A DNA stretch of 34,579 nucleotides. It comes from Prasinococcaceae sp. CCMP 1430. Lineage: Eukaryota > Plantae > Prasinodermophyta. Location of the stretch: positions 1-34,579 of the forward strand of contig RQSC01000056.1 of assembly GCA_013416795.1 (NCBI GenBank). The letters run 5' to 3'. Under the pieces are notes generated by a model, which did no database searches, was not told the origin of the DNA, and saw only the letters and a list, made by a program, of their open reading frames with translations. Positions 11,401 to 21,687 of this stretch are shown here, in pieces (position 1 is the stretch's first letter; each line of letters begins with the position of its first letter). The position numbers were made by a program, and so were the translations under genes.

Positions 11401-14400
11401 TCGTCTGCTCTGAGGCGCTCGCCTCGCATGTCGCCGCGGCTTCCGCGAGTCTCGCTTGCAAGGTCTCCTCCGACGACTTCAAGGCTGCATCCCGCTCGTC
11501 AAGGCTGTGCCTGGCAGAAGCCTGCGTCAGTCAGCAGCCGGGTCGAAGCGAAAGCGGTCGGTCAGGGCACGAGCGCGCGCGAAAGCGCGTGTGGAGCAAA
11601 ATCCTCACTCAAGCTGCGGTGATGTCACGAATCGGCGCCGGCGCCGGCGCTGGCACTGGCGCTCGCGCGCGGACGCTCGCAACGCACCAGTTGCGACGCA
11701 AGCGCAAGAAGCTCCTGTTGGCGGTCCTCCCAACGCGAGCTGGCCTCCCTCGCGGCTTCCTCCCATTTTGCAATGGCGCTGGTTGTGTGATCGTTCTCCT
11801 CGGCTTTCTCAACGATCTGTCCCTGAATATGGGCCTGCACCTTCTGGGTGCCCTCGAGGCGCGCGCGATCGACCTCCAGCGACATCATCATCCTGTGCGC
11901 ATCCGACTCGGCCTTGCGTGCGCTCTTCGACAAGGAGTTGGCTTCCTTCTGCTGTTCAGCGAGCCGCACCAGCGAGCGTTGCAGATCCGCCTCGCGGGTC
12001 TTGAGCTGTATCTCTAGAGCTGCATTCGCCGCGGCCTTAGATTGCACCTCCGCCTGCACTTTGGAGATCTCGACACGTTCGCGCTGCAAGGTCGCCTCTG
12101 TGCGCGTCTTGAAATTCTCAAAGGCCTCAGTGTCCCGCGCAAAGTCCTTCTGAGCAGCATCGAGACGCCGCGCCTCGATCTCATTGCGCTGAAGCTCGAG
12201 CTCAGAGGCGTGCACCTGCTGAAGCCTAGGTGCAAGATCTTTCTCGTGGGCGGCGAGCTCGTTTTCCCTCGCCTGCAGAGCGCGCTTCTGCTCCTGCAGG
12301 GCCTTGGCGTCGGAAGCTATCCTCGCCTCAAGTGCATCCAGGCGCTTTTCACGCGCGGCGACGTCGGCCGCGGACTCGTTCACCGCCTGGCTTGAGAGCT
12401 GCAGCTGCTCCCTGTCAGCGACAAGCTGCTTCATCGCCCCTTCGGAGTCCCGCGCCCGCTCGTCGAGCAGGTGCCTTTCCTCAGCCAATGCAGAGGCATG
12501 GACCTCGAGGGTGCGAACGTCCTCCTCCAAACGGCTTTGCTTCGCAACAAGCTCTCTTTCTGCGACAGCGACGGACTCGCTCTGCTCCGTCACATTTCTG
12601 AGCCACGCCTCCAAACGCGTCTTTTCGACGTCGAGCTCTTCTTCGAGCTTGGCGAGCGACGCTTCCTTCTCCTGCGCCGCACGAAGCTGCTCGTCGGCCG
12701 CGCGCTGAGACTTCTGGACCTGCGCCGCGATGCTGGCATTGTTCGCCATGGTCCTCTCGAGCGCCATGGCCCAGCGCTGCAATTTGCCCTCGCGCTCGAC
12801 GGCGGCGGCGCGCCGTCTCTGCAGGTCGGCAATCGAAAGGTCGGCGGGAGCGGTGACCACCTCATATTGCCCAGCGGCAGCAGCGGCGGCTTCCTCCTCC
12901 TCCGCGGCGGCAGCGCCCATGGAGCCACGCACATCTTCGCGCAACCTTTTCCACCCCTCCCGCAGGTGCGCCTCCCGCACATCGATGGCCTCCTCCACGG
13001 CCGCGACAGCGTCGCGAGCGTCCTCAGCCGTTTTGCGGTCCTGAGAGGCGGCCTTGGCGTCGGAGGCCGCGGCACGCGCTATTTCTTCAACCTCAGTCCT
13101 CTCTTTTGCAATCGCCTCTGCGGCCTCCGTCAGCGCGCCCTCTTCGTGCGTGCGCCAACGGTCCCATTCCGCCGCATCGTCGAGCATGCGTTCGACCTCC
13201 ACCGCCCGATCAGCGTTGACGCTCTCCGCGCGGACGGCCTCTTCCTCGCGCTGGTTCAAGTCACGCTCGCGGCGCTCCATTTCAATCCCCGCCTTGTGCA
13301 GGCGCCTCGACTGCTGTTCCACCTCCGCCTCTGCGGCCTTCAGAGCGAGCTTGCGCTCTGCCACGTCTTTCTGTTGCGCCTCCAGGTCGGTCTTGGCTGC
13401 CTCATTCATCTTAATGGACACCTCAGCGGACATAAGTGTTGATTGCATCTCCTTGCGCTCGCGCTCGAGATCAGCCAACCGCTGTGAGATGATTTGACGG
13501 TCGCTCTCCAGGGAGGTACCCAGGTTTTCCGAGGCCTTGAAACGGGCGTCCGCCTCGCGCATCTTCTCGGCGGCCTCGTCGAGCTGCGCCGTGAGCCGGG
13601 CAGACGAGGACTCGACCTCTGCGGCCTGCGTGAGGGCAGCCTCCTCGAGCACCTCGCGCTGGCGGTCGGCGTGCGCTTCACGCGCGGCCACGCTGACCTC
13701 GCGCTCGTCGAGCTCGGCGCGCAGCGAGGCCTCGCGTTCGGCCAGCTGGTCCTCCCACTGCTTGAGCACGGCCTCACGGCTGGCCAGATGCGCACGTGCC
13801 TCCTCTTTGATGCCTGCCTTCCAGTCGTCGAGGGCCTCTTCCTGTTCGACAAGCTTCTGCGCCTGCGCTGCCAGCGCCTCCTTGCTCGCCTGGAGCGCCT
13901 CCTTGCTCGCCTGGAGCGCCTTCACGTCCTCTGCCGCGTCCTTCATCGCCGACGCCAGCTCACCCTTCTCCTTGGCGAGTGCGGCATGTGCCTCGCGCAT
14001 GGCCGACTCACCACCCTCGATTGCCTGCCGCCGCTCGGCGAGCTCGCGGCTCTGCCTCGCGCGCTGCTCCTCCCACTTGTCCATCTCCTCGGCAAATGCG
14101 CGCTTGCGCCCAGCGAGCTCCGTGTCGCACTCGGCGCGGGCTCGCTCCACCCACGCCCTCATCTTGAGGTCCTCCTCCTTCCAGAGATCTCGCTGGGCCT
14201 TGATAGCGGCCGCCGCGGCCTCCATTTCGGCGGCATGTTGCTCGCGCAGCTGGTTCAGCTCGGTTCGGACGCGAGAGACCTCTGCAAACACTGCGTCGTA
14301 CTCACCCTTAGCAGAGGCAACCTGGGCCCTCTGGTCATTGACAGACGCCTGACGCGCCTCCTCGGCCTTGGCCGCGGCGGCCCGACTCTCCTCGGCCATC

Positions 14401-15524
14401 TCGTCGGCAGCACGCTTGGCGTCTTCCGCGTCGCGCGCGCTCTTCGCGAGCTCCGCGAGGCTCGCCTCTCCCTCGGCCACCTGCTCGCGGAGCGCCTGCA
14501 TTCTCTCTGTCGCCTCCGTGGTGGCAGCCTCCGTCTGCCGCAGCTCCTCCAGCGCGGCGACGCGCTCGCTTTGTGCTCGAGCTTCTGCGTCGCGCAGGAC
14601 GAGGTCGGCACCGCGTGCCGCCTCCTCGGCGGCCGCCTCTCGGGCCTCCACGGCGGCCTCGCGCGCGTCGAGCTCGGTCGAGCGCGCGGCGCTGCGCTCC
14701 GCATACACGCGCGCCTTCTCGTCCAGGCGTGCCTTCTCTTCCTGCTGCGACGCCATGAGTGCCGCGATCTCTCGTCTTGCTGCCTCGCTGGAGGCCACCG
14801 CGGCGGCGGCAGCAGTCTCCTGCTCGGCGACCATGGCTTCGCGCGAGGCCAGCGACGCCTCCCTGGCCTCGACTGCCTCCGCATGCGCCTGCAGCCGCGA
14901 GTTGGACGCCTGCGTTTCCTGCATGCGCGCCTCGAGCATGGACTCTCGATGGGCGAGCGAGGATTCGCGCTTGGCGACGCCTTCCGAGCGCCCATCCAGG
15001 TCGGCCGCGACAGCTGCGGCCCGCTCAGCGGCCTCCACGAGCTCGGCGCGCTGCCGCTCGAAGCTATCGAGCCGCTCCCTGCCCGCGGCCACGGCGCGCT
15101 CCGTCTCCGCCTTGAGCCTCTGCAGTTCGTCAACCTCGGCGCGATGCGCGTCGATCGTGGAGCGCAGCTCCGCGCGGCGCCCGGTCAGGGCCTCGAGCTC
15201 GCGCCGCAGCGTGGTCACCGACGCGTCCAGTGTGCGCTGCACGCCGTCGGCGTCGGCGAAGAGCGCATCCGAGGCGCGATCGAGCAGCGCATCGAGCGCC
15301 CGGGCGCCCTGCGACGCGAACTCAGCGTGCGCCGCGGGCGGTGGCGCGCCCGCGCCATTCGCGGGGCTCGGGGCCACCGGTGCGGAGATGCGCGCTGCAA
15401 ATTCGGACTGCACGTTGCTCTCGCCGTCGCGCCGCGCCTCCTTGCGCTCGTGCGTGTGCCAGCGCTCCTCCAGCGCCTGCAGCTGCCTGAGCACGTCACC
15501 GGCGTCAGCCTCGGGCGATCCCAT
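8417..15524 (-). CDS. Giant predicted coiled-coil protein; join(15524..11688, 11521..8417), 2313 aa
   Basis: Two long A/E/R/K/L-rich ORFs are joined in phase 0 by an intron at 11687-11522 (GTGCGT...CTGACTGACGCAG), giving LASQL-ASARHSLDERDAALKSSEE. ATG at 15524, stop at 8417-8419. No globular domain recognised. Confidence 0.8.
13873..13921. repeat. 21-bp tandem duplication (2.3 copies) inside the coiled-coil gene
   Basis: agcgcctccttgctcgcctgg occurs twice plus agcgcct; it encodes ALQASKEALQASKEA on the minus strand. Confidence 0.9.
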
Positions 15525-15645
15525 TGCGCCAAGCGCTTAGGTCGGCGCCCGCGCGCGCGCCGCACGCGCGCCGCGGCCTCCCCCGCCGCACCCTTGCCGG
15601 CACGGCGCGCGCGCCGAGGGTGTGACACGTGCATCGCGCGCCGCA

Positions 15646-16386
15646 GCCCCCCCCTCGCGTCCGCAGCGCCGAGGACGACAGGAACTCCTTGGCGGCCGCC
15701 TGCTCGGGGTCGTCTTCAGGCTCGTCGTCCTCCTCGCCCTTCTTCTTGCGGCCGCCCGCCGCGGGCGCCGTCGTCTTCGCGCCCGTGCGCTTGGCGGCGC
15801 TCTCGGCCTCCTCCTTGGCGGATTTCTCAGCGGCGGCCTTGGCGGCCTCCTTCGTGCGGCGCAGCGCGTCCTCGCGCGCCGCGTCGACCAGCTTCTTCTT
15901 CTCCTCGATCTCCTTGGCGCGGATCTTCTTCCTGTCCTCCGCGTCGCCCTTCTGCTGCACGTAGGTGTGGACGAGCCACCACACGCCGAAGAGGAGCACG
16001 ACGGGGCCAACGTTTGACATGGCGCTGACCACGGCCTGGTTGAGCCCCGAGGCCGACGGCGGCGCGAGGTAGGACACCTCTGCCCCGCCGCGGCTCATGC
16101 GCTGAATGGTTTTGGTGTGGTCCAGCGGGACCTGCGCGACCTTGCACACGCCGCTCTTGTAGATGAGCAGCACCCGCCCGGAGAGGTCGTTGGCGAAGCG
16201 CGCGCGCGCGACCTGCCCCTTGTCGAGCGCCTTGATCATGTCCGTGTACGACACCTCCTCGGTCACGGTTGTCTTGCCCTCGGCACCAGCGGCTGCGCGC
16301 GCCACCGCGCGCCGCGCAGTCGCGCGGCTGTGCGGCGGCCGCGCGCGCGGGCGCACGGCCGTCGCGCGCGACGCGCGCATCGCCAT
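15646..16386 (-). CDS. N-terminal part of a chloroplast FtsH-family protein most like FtsHi2; AAA domain absent (truncated)
   Basis: Transit peptide MAMRASRATAVRPRAR, FtsH-extension-like EEVSYTDMIKALDKGQV, and a TM followed by VHTYVQQKGDAEDRKKIRAKEIEEKKK. It then reads ...PEQAAAKEFLSSSALR, the position just before the AAA domain in FtsHi2-type proteins (from recall), after which homology stops. Confidence 0.6.
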
Positions 16387-16564
16387 CTCCCACGGCCGGA
16401 CGAGAGCGCGAGCGCCGTTGGGTACCGCTCCGCCCCGCCCGGCGCTCCCCTTCCCACCCTCACACCCCACCCTAACCCCCCACACACCCGCCCTCACCCC
16501 CAAGCGCCCACGCCGGAGCGAGTGCGCGCGGCCGCCGCCGCAGGCCGCCGGCGCGCGGCGTGCN

Positions 16565-16768
16565 CTGCAAGCGGCGCTCACGGGCTCTCCTCTCGAAAGC
16601 GAGGCGGAGGCCGCCGCATCAGCTGCCGCCGCCGCCGCTAGGCTGCCAGGTGGGCGCGCGACGCAGCCCCCGCGCGCGTGGTGCAGCCGCGCGGGCTACG
16701 TCTCGACGCTGCACTACGACGCCAGCGACTCGCTCCTGATGCAGCTCCGAGGCAGCAACGCCGTCCGG
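16565..16768 (+). CDS. Orphan fragment of a JmjC/cupin-8 domain protein
   Basis: Directly after the single N (16564) it reads RAWCSRAGYVSTLHYDASDSLLMQLRGS, matching the JmjC W..G..T.LHYD...LL.Q.RG motif. There is no start codon and no later His ligand region. Confidence 0.55.
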
Positions 16769-16974
16769 GCTGCGCTGCCGGGCGCTGCGTGGCGCGCGGC
16801 GCGCGGCGAGGCGCAGGGGGCTCCTTTGCCGGCCGCGCGCTCTCCTCTCTGTCGGCGTCGATCGGCCTACGGACTAGCCTCTGCCTCCCCCCCCCCCCCC
16901 ATATCCCACGCCACCCTGGGCCGAGACGCTTCACCCCTCTTCCCCTCGCTTCCCCCCGCGGCCGCGGCGCCGCG

Positions 16975-16999
16975 TTTCGCGCGCGCGCGCGCCGGGAAA
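16975..16999. promoter_or_regulatory. Paired inverted E2F-binding sites upstream of the DEL/E2F gene
   Basis: TTTCGCGC (16975-16982, +) and TTTCCCGG (16992-16999, -) both fit TTTSSCGS. A further TTTCCCGC lies at 17266-17273 (-). Confidence 0.55.
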
Positions 17000-17160
17000 G
17001 CGCGCCGAAACCAAAAAAAAAAATACGAACGCACGCGTGCATGCGCTGACGGACGCGCGCGCGTTCGAAAACGTCGCCCCCGCCCATCCCGGGACCCCAC
17101 CCGCAGGCCCAGGCGGACGCCGCCGGCGATGACTGCAGCCCCCCTCGCCGCGCGGCCAGC

Positions 17161-19107
17161 ATGCTCTCGCCGAGCGCGACGAGGGAGCTCTGCACGCCGG
17201 GCGGCGGCACGGGCGAGCGGCGCGTGACGCGGCAGTCGCCGCACGCGTTCAAATTGGTTTCGCAGGCGGGAAAGGCGCAGCGCGGCGCGGCGGCCGCCGG
17301 CGCGGCCAGCGGCGGCCCGGCGGAGCAGGGTGCGGCAGCGGAGGTTCAGACGCCCCTCCTGATGGCGACCGCGGCGGCTCTCCAGCAGCAGCAGCAGCAG
17401 CAGCAGCAGCGTGGCGGCCGGATTCCGGCAATGCCGTCGCTCGTGGGTGTGCCAGTCGCGGTGGCGGCACCGGTGGCTGCCGTGAGCCGGGAGGCCGACG
17501 GTGGCCTGTTCGTGTCGCCGTTGGCCGGCCCGACGACCGCCCCAAACTCAGTGGAGCCCACGCCCACATCGCGCGCAGGGGGCGCCGAGGCGGTCGGCCC
17601 GGCGACCGAGCTGAAGAAGCCCTACAGCCGCAAGGACAAGAGCCTCGGACTGCTGTGCGAGAACTTCCTGTACCTGTACGGCGACGGCAACGAGGGCGTC
17701 ATCAGCATCGACACGACGGCGCAGCGGCTGGGCGTCGAGCGTCGGCGCATCTACGACATCGTCAACGTGCTCGAGTCGCTGCGGATCGTACAGCGGCAGG
17801 CGAAGAATCGCTACGAGTGGAACGGGCTGGCCAAGATGCGCTCGCACCTCGCCGACCTCAGGCGGCAGGGCAAGGAGGAGTTCGGCGCCGCGCTCGCGAA
17901 GCACGGGCTCGGGCTGAGCAGTCCGGCGGCCGACCAGGAGAACCGCGAAGTGGTGAGCGCGACTCCTGTGCCGCCGGAGCTGGAGAACGGCCAGGCGCAG
18001 GGAGGGGAGCGCCAGGCGCTGGGTGGGTCGGAGGACGTCGCTGCGGACTCGGACGCGGAGGGAGCGCCCGAAGGGGCGAGCGGGAGCCGCTCCGGCCGCC
18101 GGAAGAGCGCCGGTAGCGACGCCCGCCGCGAGAAGAGCCTGGGCCTGCTGAGCACTAAGTTCATCATGCTCTTCCTGGCGTGCGGGGATGACCCAGTCAG
18201 CCTGGACACCTCCGCCAGCGTCCTCCTCGGGGGCACGCCCAGCGCGAACGACCTGAAGACCAAGGTGCGCCGACTCTACGACATCGCCAACATCCTCGTG
18301 AGCCTGCGCCTGATTCAGAAGGTGACCAGCGACGACTGCCGCAAGCCTTCGTTCCAGTGGCTGCGCACGGAGGAGACCATCGAGCCGGCGAACGCGAAGG
18401 ACGACCTGTGCAAATTTCTCGGGGTGCGCTGCCCGGATGCGGAGGTTGCCATGAACACCCCCGCGCCACGCCGCGGCACGACCAAGGTCGGGTCCGCCAG
18501 GGCTGACGGTGGCGCGACGGGCAGCGCCGGACGCCGCCGTCCTCGCGCGGGGGCGTCCGATGCGCAGGGAGGCAAGCGCAAAGCGGTGGGCACGCCCGCC
18601 GCCGGCGGCCCGAAGCGCCAGCGCAAGCGCGCAACGCTGTCGACGCTCGCGGGCCCCAACGGCGCCGCGCAGGTGGCTGCTGAGACGAGCAAGCCGACGA
18701 AGAAGGCGAAGCAGGAAGCCTCGGCAACAGACGCGTTTGCGGCGGCTGCGGCTGCGCCGGCGAGTGCGGCGTTCCACCTGCCCGGCATGGTGCCAGGTTC
18801 GATGCCCATGCTGCCAGGAATGCCCGTGCCCATGCCCATGCCGCAGGGTCCATCGGCCAAGGGTGGCGTGGCGGGCCAGGCTGACTTCAACCTATACATG
18901 GCCAACGCATACATGTACCAGTGGATGGCAATGCAGCAAGTGCAGCAGCAACAGGCGGGCACCGCTGTCCCCGCAGCCGCGGCGGCGGCGATGGCAGCAG
19001 CGGCGGTGGGCGCGCAGAGGCCGTCACCCGAGGTGGCAGCTGCGGCGGACGCGGCCCTGGCGGATGCGGCGAAGACGCTCGCCAAGGTAGCAGACGTCGC
19101 TCGTTGA
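17161..19107 (+). CDS. DEL: Atypical E2F / DP-E2F-like transcription factor (DEL, E2F7/8-type), intronless, up to 648 aa
   Basis: Two winged-helix E2F domains: YSRKDKSLGLLCENF...GVERRRIYDIVNVLESL and RREKSLGLLSTKFIMLF...KTKVRRLYDIANILVSL. No DP dimerisation or RB-binding region seen. The start could be a later ATG. Confidence 0.92.
   Translation: MLSPSATRELCTPGGGTGERRVTRQSPHAFKLVSQAGKAQRGAAAAGAASGGPAEQGAAAEVQTPLLMATAAALQQQQQQQQQRGGRIPAMPSLVGVPVAVAAPVAAVSREADGGLFVSPLAGPTTAPNSVEPTPTSRAGGAEAVGPATELKKPYSRKDKSLGLLCENFLYLYGDGNEGVISIDTTAQRLGVERRRIYDIVNVLESLRIVQRQAKNRYEWNGLAKMRSHLADLRRQGKEEFGAALAKHGLGLSSPAADQENREVVSATPVPPELENGQAQGGERQALGGSEDVAADSDAEGAPEGASGSRSGRRKSAGSDARREKSLGLLSTKFIMLFLACGDDPVSLDTSASVLLGGTPSANDLKTKVRRLYDIANILVSLRLIQKVTSDDCRKPSFQWLRTEETIEPANAKDDLCKFLGVRCPDAEVAMNTPAPRRGTTKVGSARADGGATGSAGRRRPRAGASDAQGGKRKAVGTPAAGGPKRQRKRATLSTLAGPNGAAQVAAETSKPTKKAKQEASATDAFAAAAAAPASAAFHLPGMVPGSMPMLPGMPVPMPMPQGPSAKGGVAGQADFNLYMANAYMYQWMAMQQVQQQQAGTAVPAAAAAAMAAAAVGAQRPSPEVAAAADAALADAAKTLAKVADVAR
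17383..17409 (+). repeat. (CAG)9 polyglutamine tract in DEL
   Basis: Nine consecutive CAG codons. Confidence 0.95.
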
Positions 19108-19356
19108 CCCGTTCGTCCCAAGGCGACGGCGCTGTGGCAGCCCACGCGCGAGAATCTCTCCACAGCCAACCCGCGCATAAGGCGGACGCTGCCGACTGTG
19201 GGGCCCGAAACGACATTAAATACAGCCACGCCGAGCCAGGTCCACCTGGCGGGTGGCCCAATGCCGAGAAACAATTGATGCTTGACGACTCACTGAGAGT
19301 GCCCCGCCCAATGGCCGACTAGAGTGAAGCGCAAGCACAGCTATTTTACAACGGCG

Positions 19357-20515
19357 TTAGTCGGCGCGCCTGGCTTTGGCTCGCATGGCGGTCGCCAAAG
19401 CAGCTTGCCGGGATCGACCGCCCCCTCTCCCCTTCTGGGTGAGCATGAGATGCAGAAACAGGCAGTTGAAGCCGAGCAGGCTCAACTGGCAGAACATGCA
19501 CATGCGGATCTCGAGGTCGCTGTACCTTCCAGGCTCCTCAATCAGCGCGTCCCAGAAGATCTGCCAGCGGGATGGGGGGCGAGTGCAGGTTGCACGTTGT
19601 CGAGGCGGCGCCCAGCACGAGCGGGCGAGCGAGTGAGCGAGCGAGCGCGGCCACGTGCGCCAGCATCGCAACGCTCGTCACCAGCCATCGCTCTTGTGCG
19701 CGCTGCGCGGCCGGGCAGGGCAGCAGCGGCGCCTCTCAACGCACGGGCGCGCAAAAGCACACTTAGTACGCCGGGCGCGCCGCACCTTGGTAAATATAGG
19801 GTAGGCGATCATCCTGAGCGCGATGAACGTGCTCCAGTGCAGGAATGTCACGAGGGCCTTCGCGCCCCTGTGTTGAAAGCGCACAGTGCGCTTGAAGGTC
19901 AGGATCACTGTGTTAATCTCCACGAGTCCGTCGTAGCAAGTGTAAAGCCCGTGCTCGGGGAAGCGGACGGGATGGAGGATGAGCAGTGCCGTCACGACCT
20001 GCGCGCAAGCACAGCAGCAACGATGGTGCGGGCGCAGGCGAGCGGGCGCGCCCACGCACGCGCGGGTCGTGCGACGAGCGCGCGTCCGAGTCAGATGCGA
20101 GTGGCGGGCGTGCGCACGTCGTGCGATCTAGCCGGCGAGGTAGGAAAGGTGGAGAGGCGCGGACGCGCGCGAATGTGCGCAGCAGGCGGCGGTGGCGCGG
20201 TCGAGCACGCACGTGGTGCACGAGCACGAGCGGTGCCTTTGGCACGCACTGCGGCTGCAGGCATATCCAGATGAAGTCAAAGACGATGTACGCGAGGAAT
20301 ATGCACGACAGCACCAGGTTTGGGACGAGCTCGGCACCGCACGCGCCGAAGACCGACGCCGTCGCGAGCCATGGGAGTATGTACAGGTTCATCATGTCGT
20401 GGTTGCGCTTGGCGCTGTCCGCCGACTCGGACGACAGGCGCTGGAGGAGGTACAGGTCCCCGCTGCCGAAGCCACCCGCACCGCGGCGCATGCTCATTTC
20501 GCCGCCGCTGCCCAT
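19357..20515 (-). CDS. TLC (TRAM/LAG1/CLN8)-domain-like membrane protein; join(20515..20213, 19998..19786, 19560..19357), 239 aa
   Basis: YIVFDFIWICLQP...LVHH-VVT, LVEINTVILTFKR and FIALRMIAYP. Two phase-0 GTGCG..CAG introns give a continuous frame. Confidence 0.75.
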
Positions 20516-20666
20516 GTTCGCACCGATGGGAGCGACCGATGACCACCACCCAAGCTGGAGCCCCGCTTGAGGGCGGCCCGCCCGCCCAGTCCACCCCGCT
20601 CCAACCTGCAGTCCAACTCCCCACATCCCTCTCCCTTCTTCCTCCAAGAGCCAGCGCGCGTCGGGC

Positions 20667-21237
20667 ATGCGCGTTGAGCGCGACGCCAGCGGGGCCATCG
20701 TGCTGCCCGAGCTCGCGCCGCTCGCGATCAACGCCGTGCCGCCCGAGACCGTCGCCGAGCTTCGGCGGGCGCTCGACGACCTCATCGGCGAGGGGTCCGA
20801 GGAGCGCTGCCCGTACGGCGCGGAGGCACACGACGAATGGCGGCGATACTGCACCGATGCGCAGATCGCGCGATTCGCCAAGGCCGACGGCCTCAACCTC
20901 AAGAAGGCCGAGGCGCGCGCGCGCGCGACGCTGCGGTGGCGCGCCGAGTACGGCGCGTCGCGGCGCGTGTGCGTCGCCTGCCGCGACCGCTCGCCGCGCT
21001 CGCACTACATGCAGCACGTCGGCTTCGACCGCTTCGGCCGCGCGGTGGTCTACTCGTGCTACAAGTGGGCGCTCAACGTGAACGTCCCCGACAACATCGA
21101 GCACATGGTCATGTGCCTCGAGCGGGTGTGCGCCGCCATGGACAGCGCGTACGGCCCGCCCGAGAAGCGCCAGGAGCGCTGCGTGTGGATCATGGACTTC
21201 TGGGGCTTCGGCATGCGCAACATGAACCCCGCGCAGG
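20667..21237 (+). CDS. CRAL-TRIO/Sec14 lipid-binding protein, first exon; the remainder is lost in the gap
   Basis: TDAQIARFAKADGLNLKKAEARARATLRWR, GFDRFGRAVVYS and WIMDFWGFGMRN. GTGAGG donor at 21238. Confidence 0.8.
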
Positions 21238-21293
21238 GTGAGGGCGCGGGTGCCGGCGCACGCGGGCGCCGGACGCGCGCGCGGGCGCCCGCC

Positions 21294-21687
21294 NNNNNNN
21301 NNNNNNNNNNNNNNNNNNNNNNNNNNNNNNNNNNNNNNNNNNNNNNNNNNNNNNNNNNNNNNNNNNNNNNNNNNNNNNNNNNNNNNNNNNNNNNNNNNNN
21401 NNNNNNNNNNNNNNNNNNNNNNNNNNNNNNNNNNNNNNNNNNNNNNNNNNNNNNNNNNNNNNNNNNNNNNNNNNNNNNNNNNNNNNNNNNNNNNNNNNNN
21501 NNNNNNNNNNNNNNNNNNNNNNNNNNNNNNNNNNNNNNNNNNNNNNNNNNNNNNNNNNNNNNNNNNNNNNNNNNNNNNNNNNNNNNNNNNNNNNNNNNNN
21601 NNNNNNNNNNNNNNNNNNNNNNNNNNNNNNNNNNNNNNNNNNNNNNNNNNNNNNNNNNNNNNNNNNNNNNNNNNNNNNNNNNNNNNN
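21294..21687. other. Assembly gap (394 N); single-N joins also occur at 3740 and 16564
   Basis: Seen directly. Confidence 1.

Noticed and set aside
8405-16028. Long plus-strand ORFs (e.g. 9516-10712, 13494-16028, 14368-15540)
   Set aside because: Antisense shadows of a GC-rich coiled-coil CDS, with Ser/Arg/Leu-rich translations and no domains. The same applies to most R/A/P-rich ORFs in the track.
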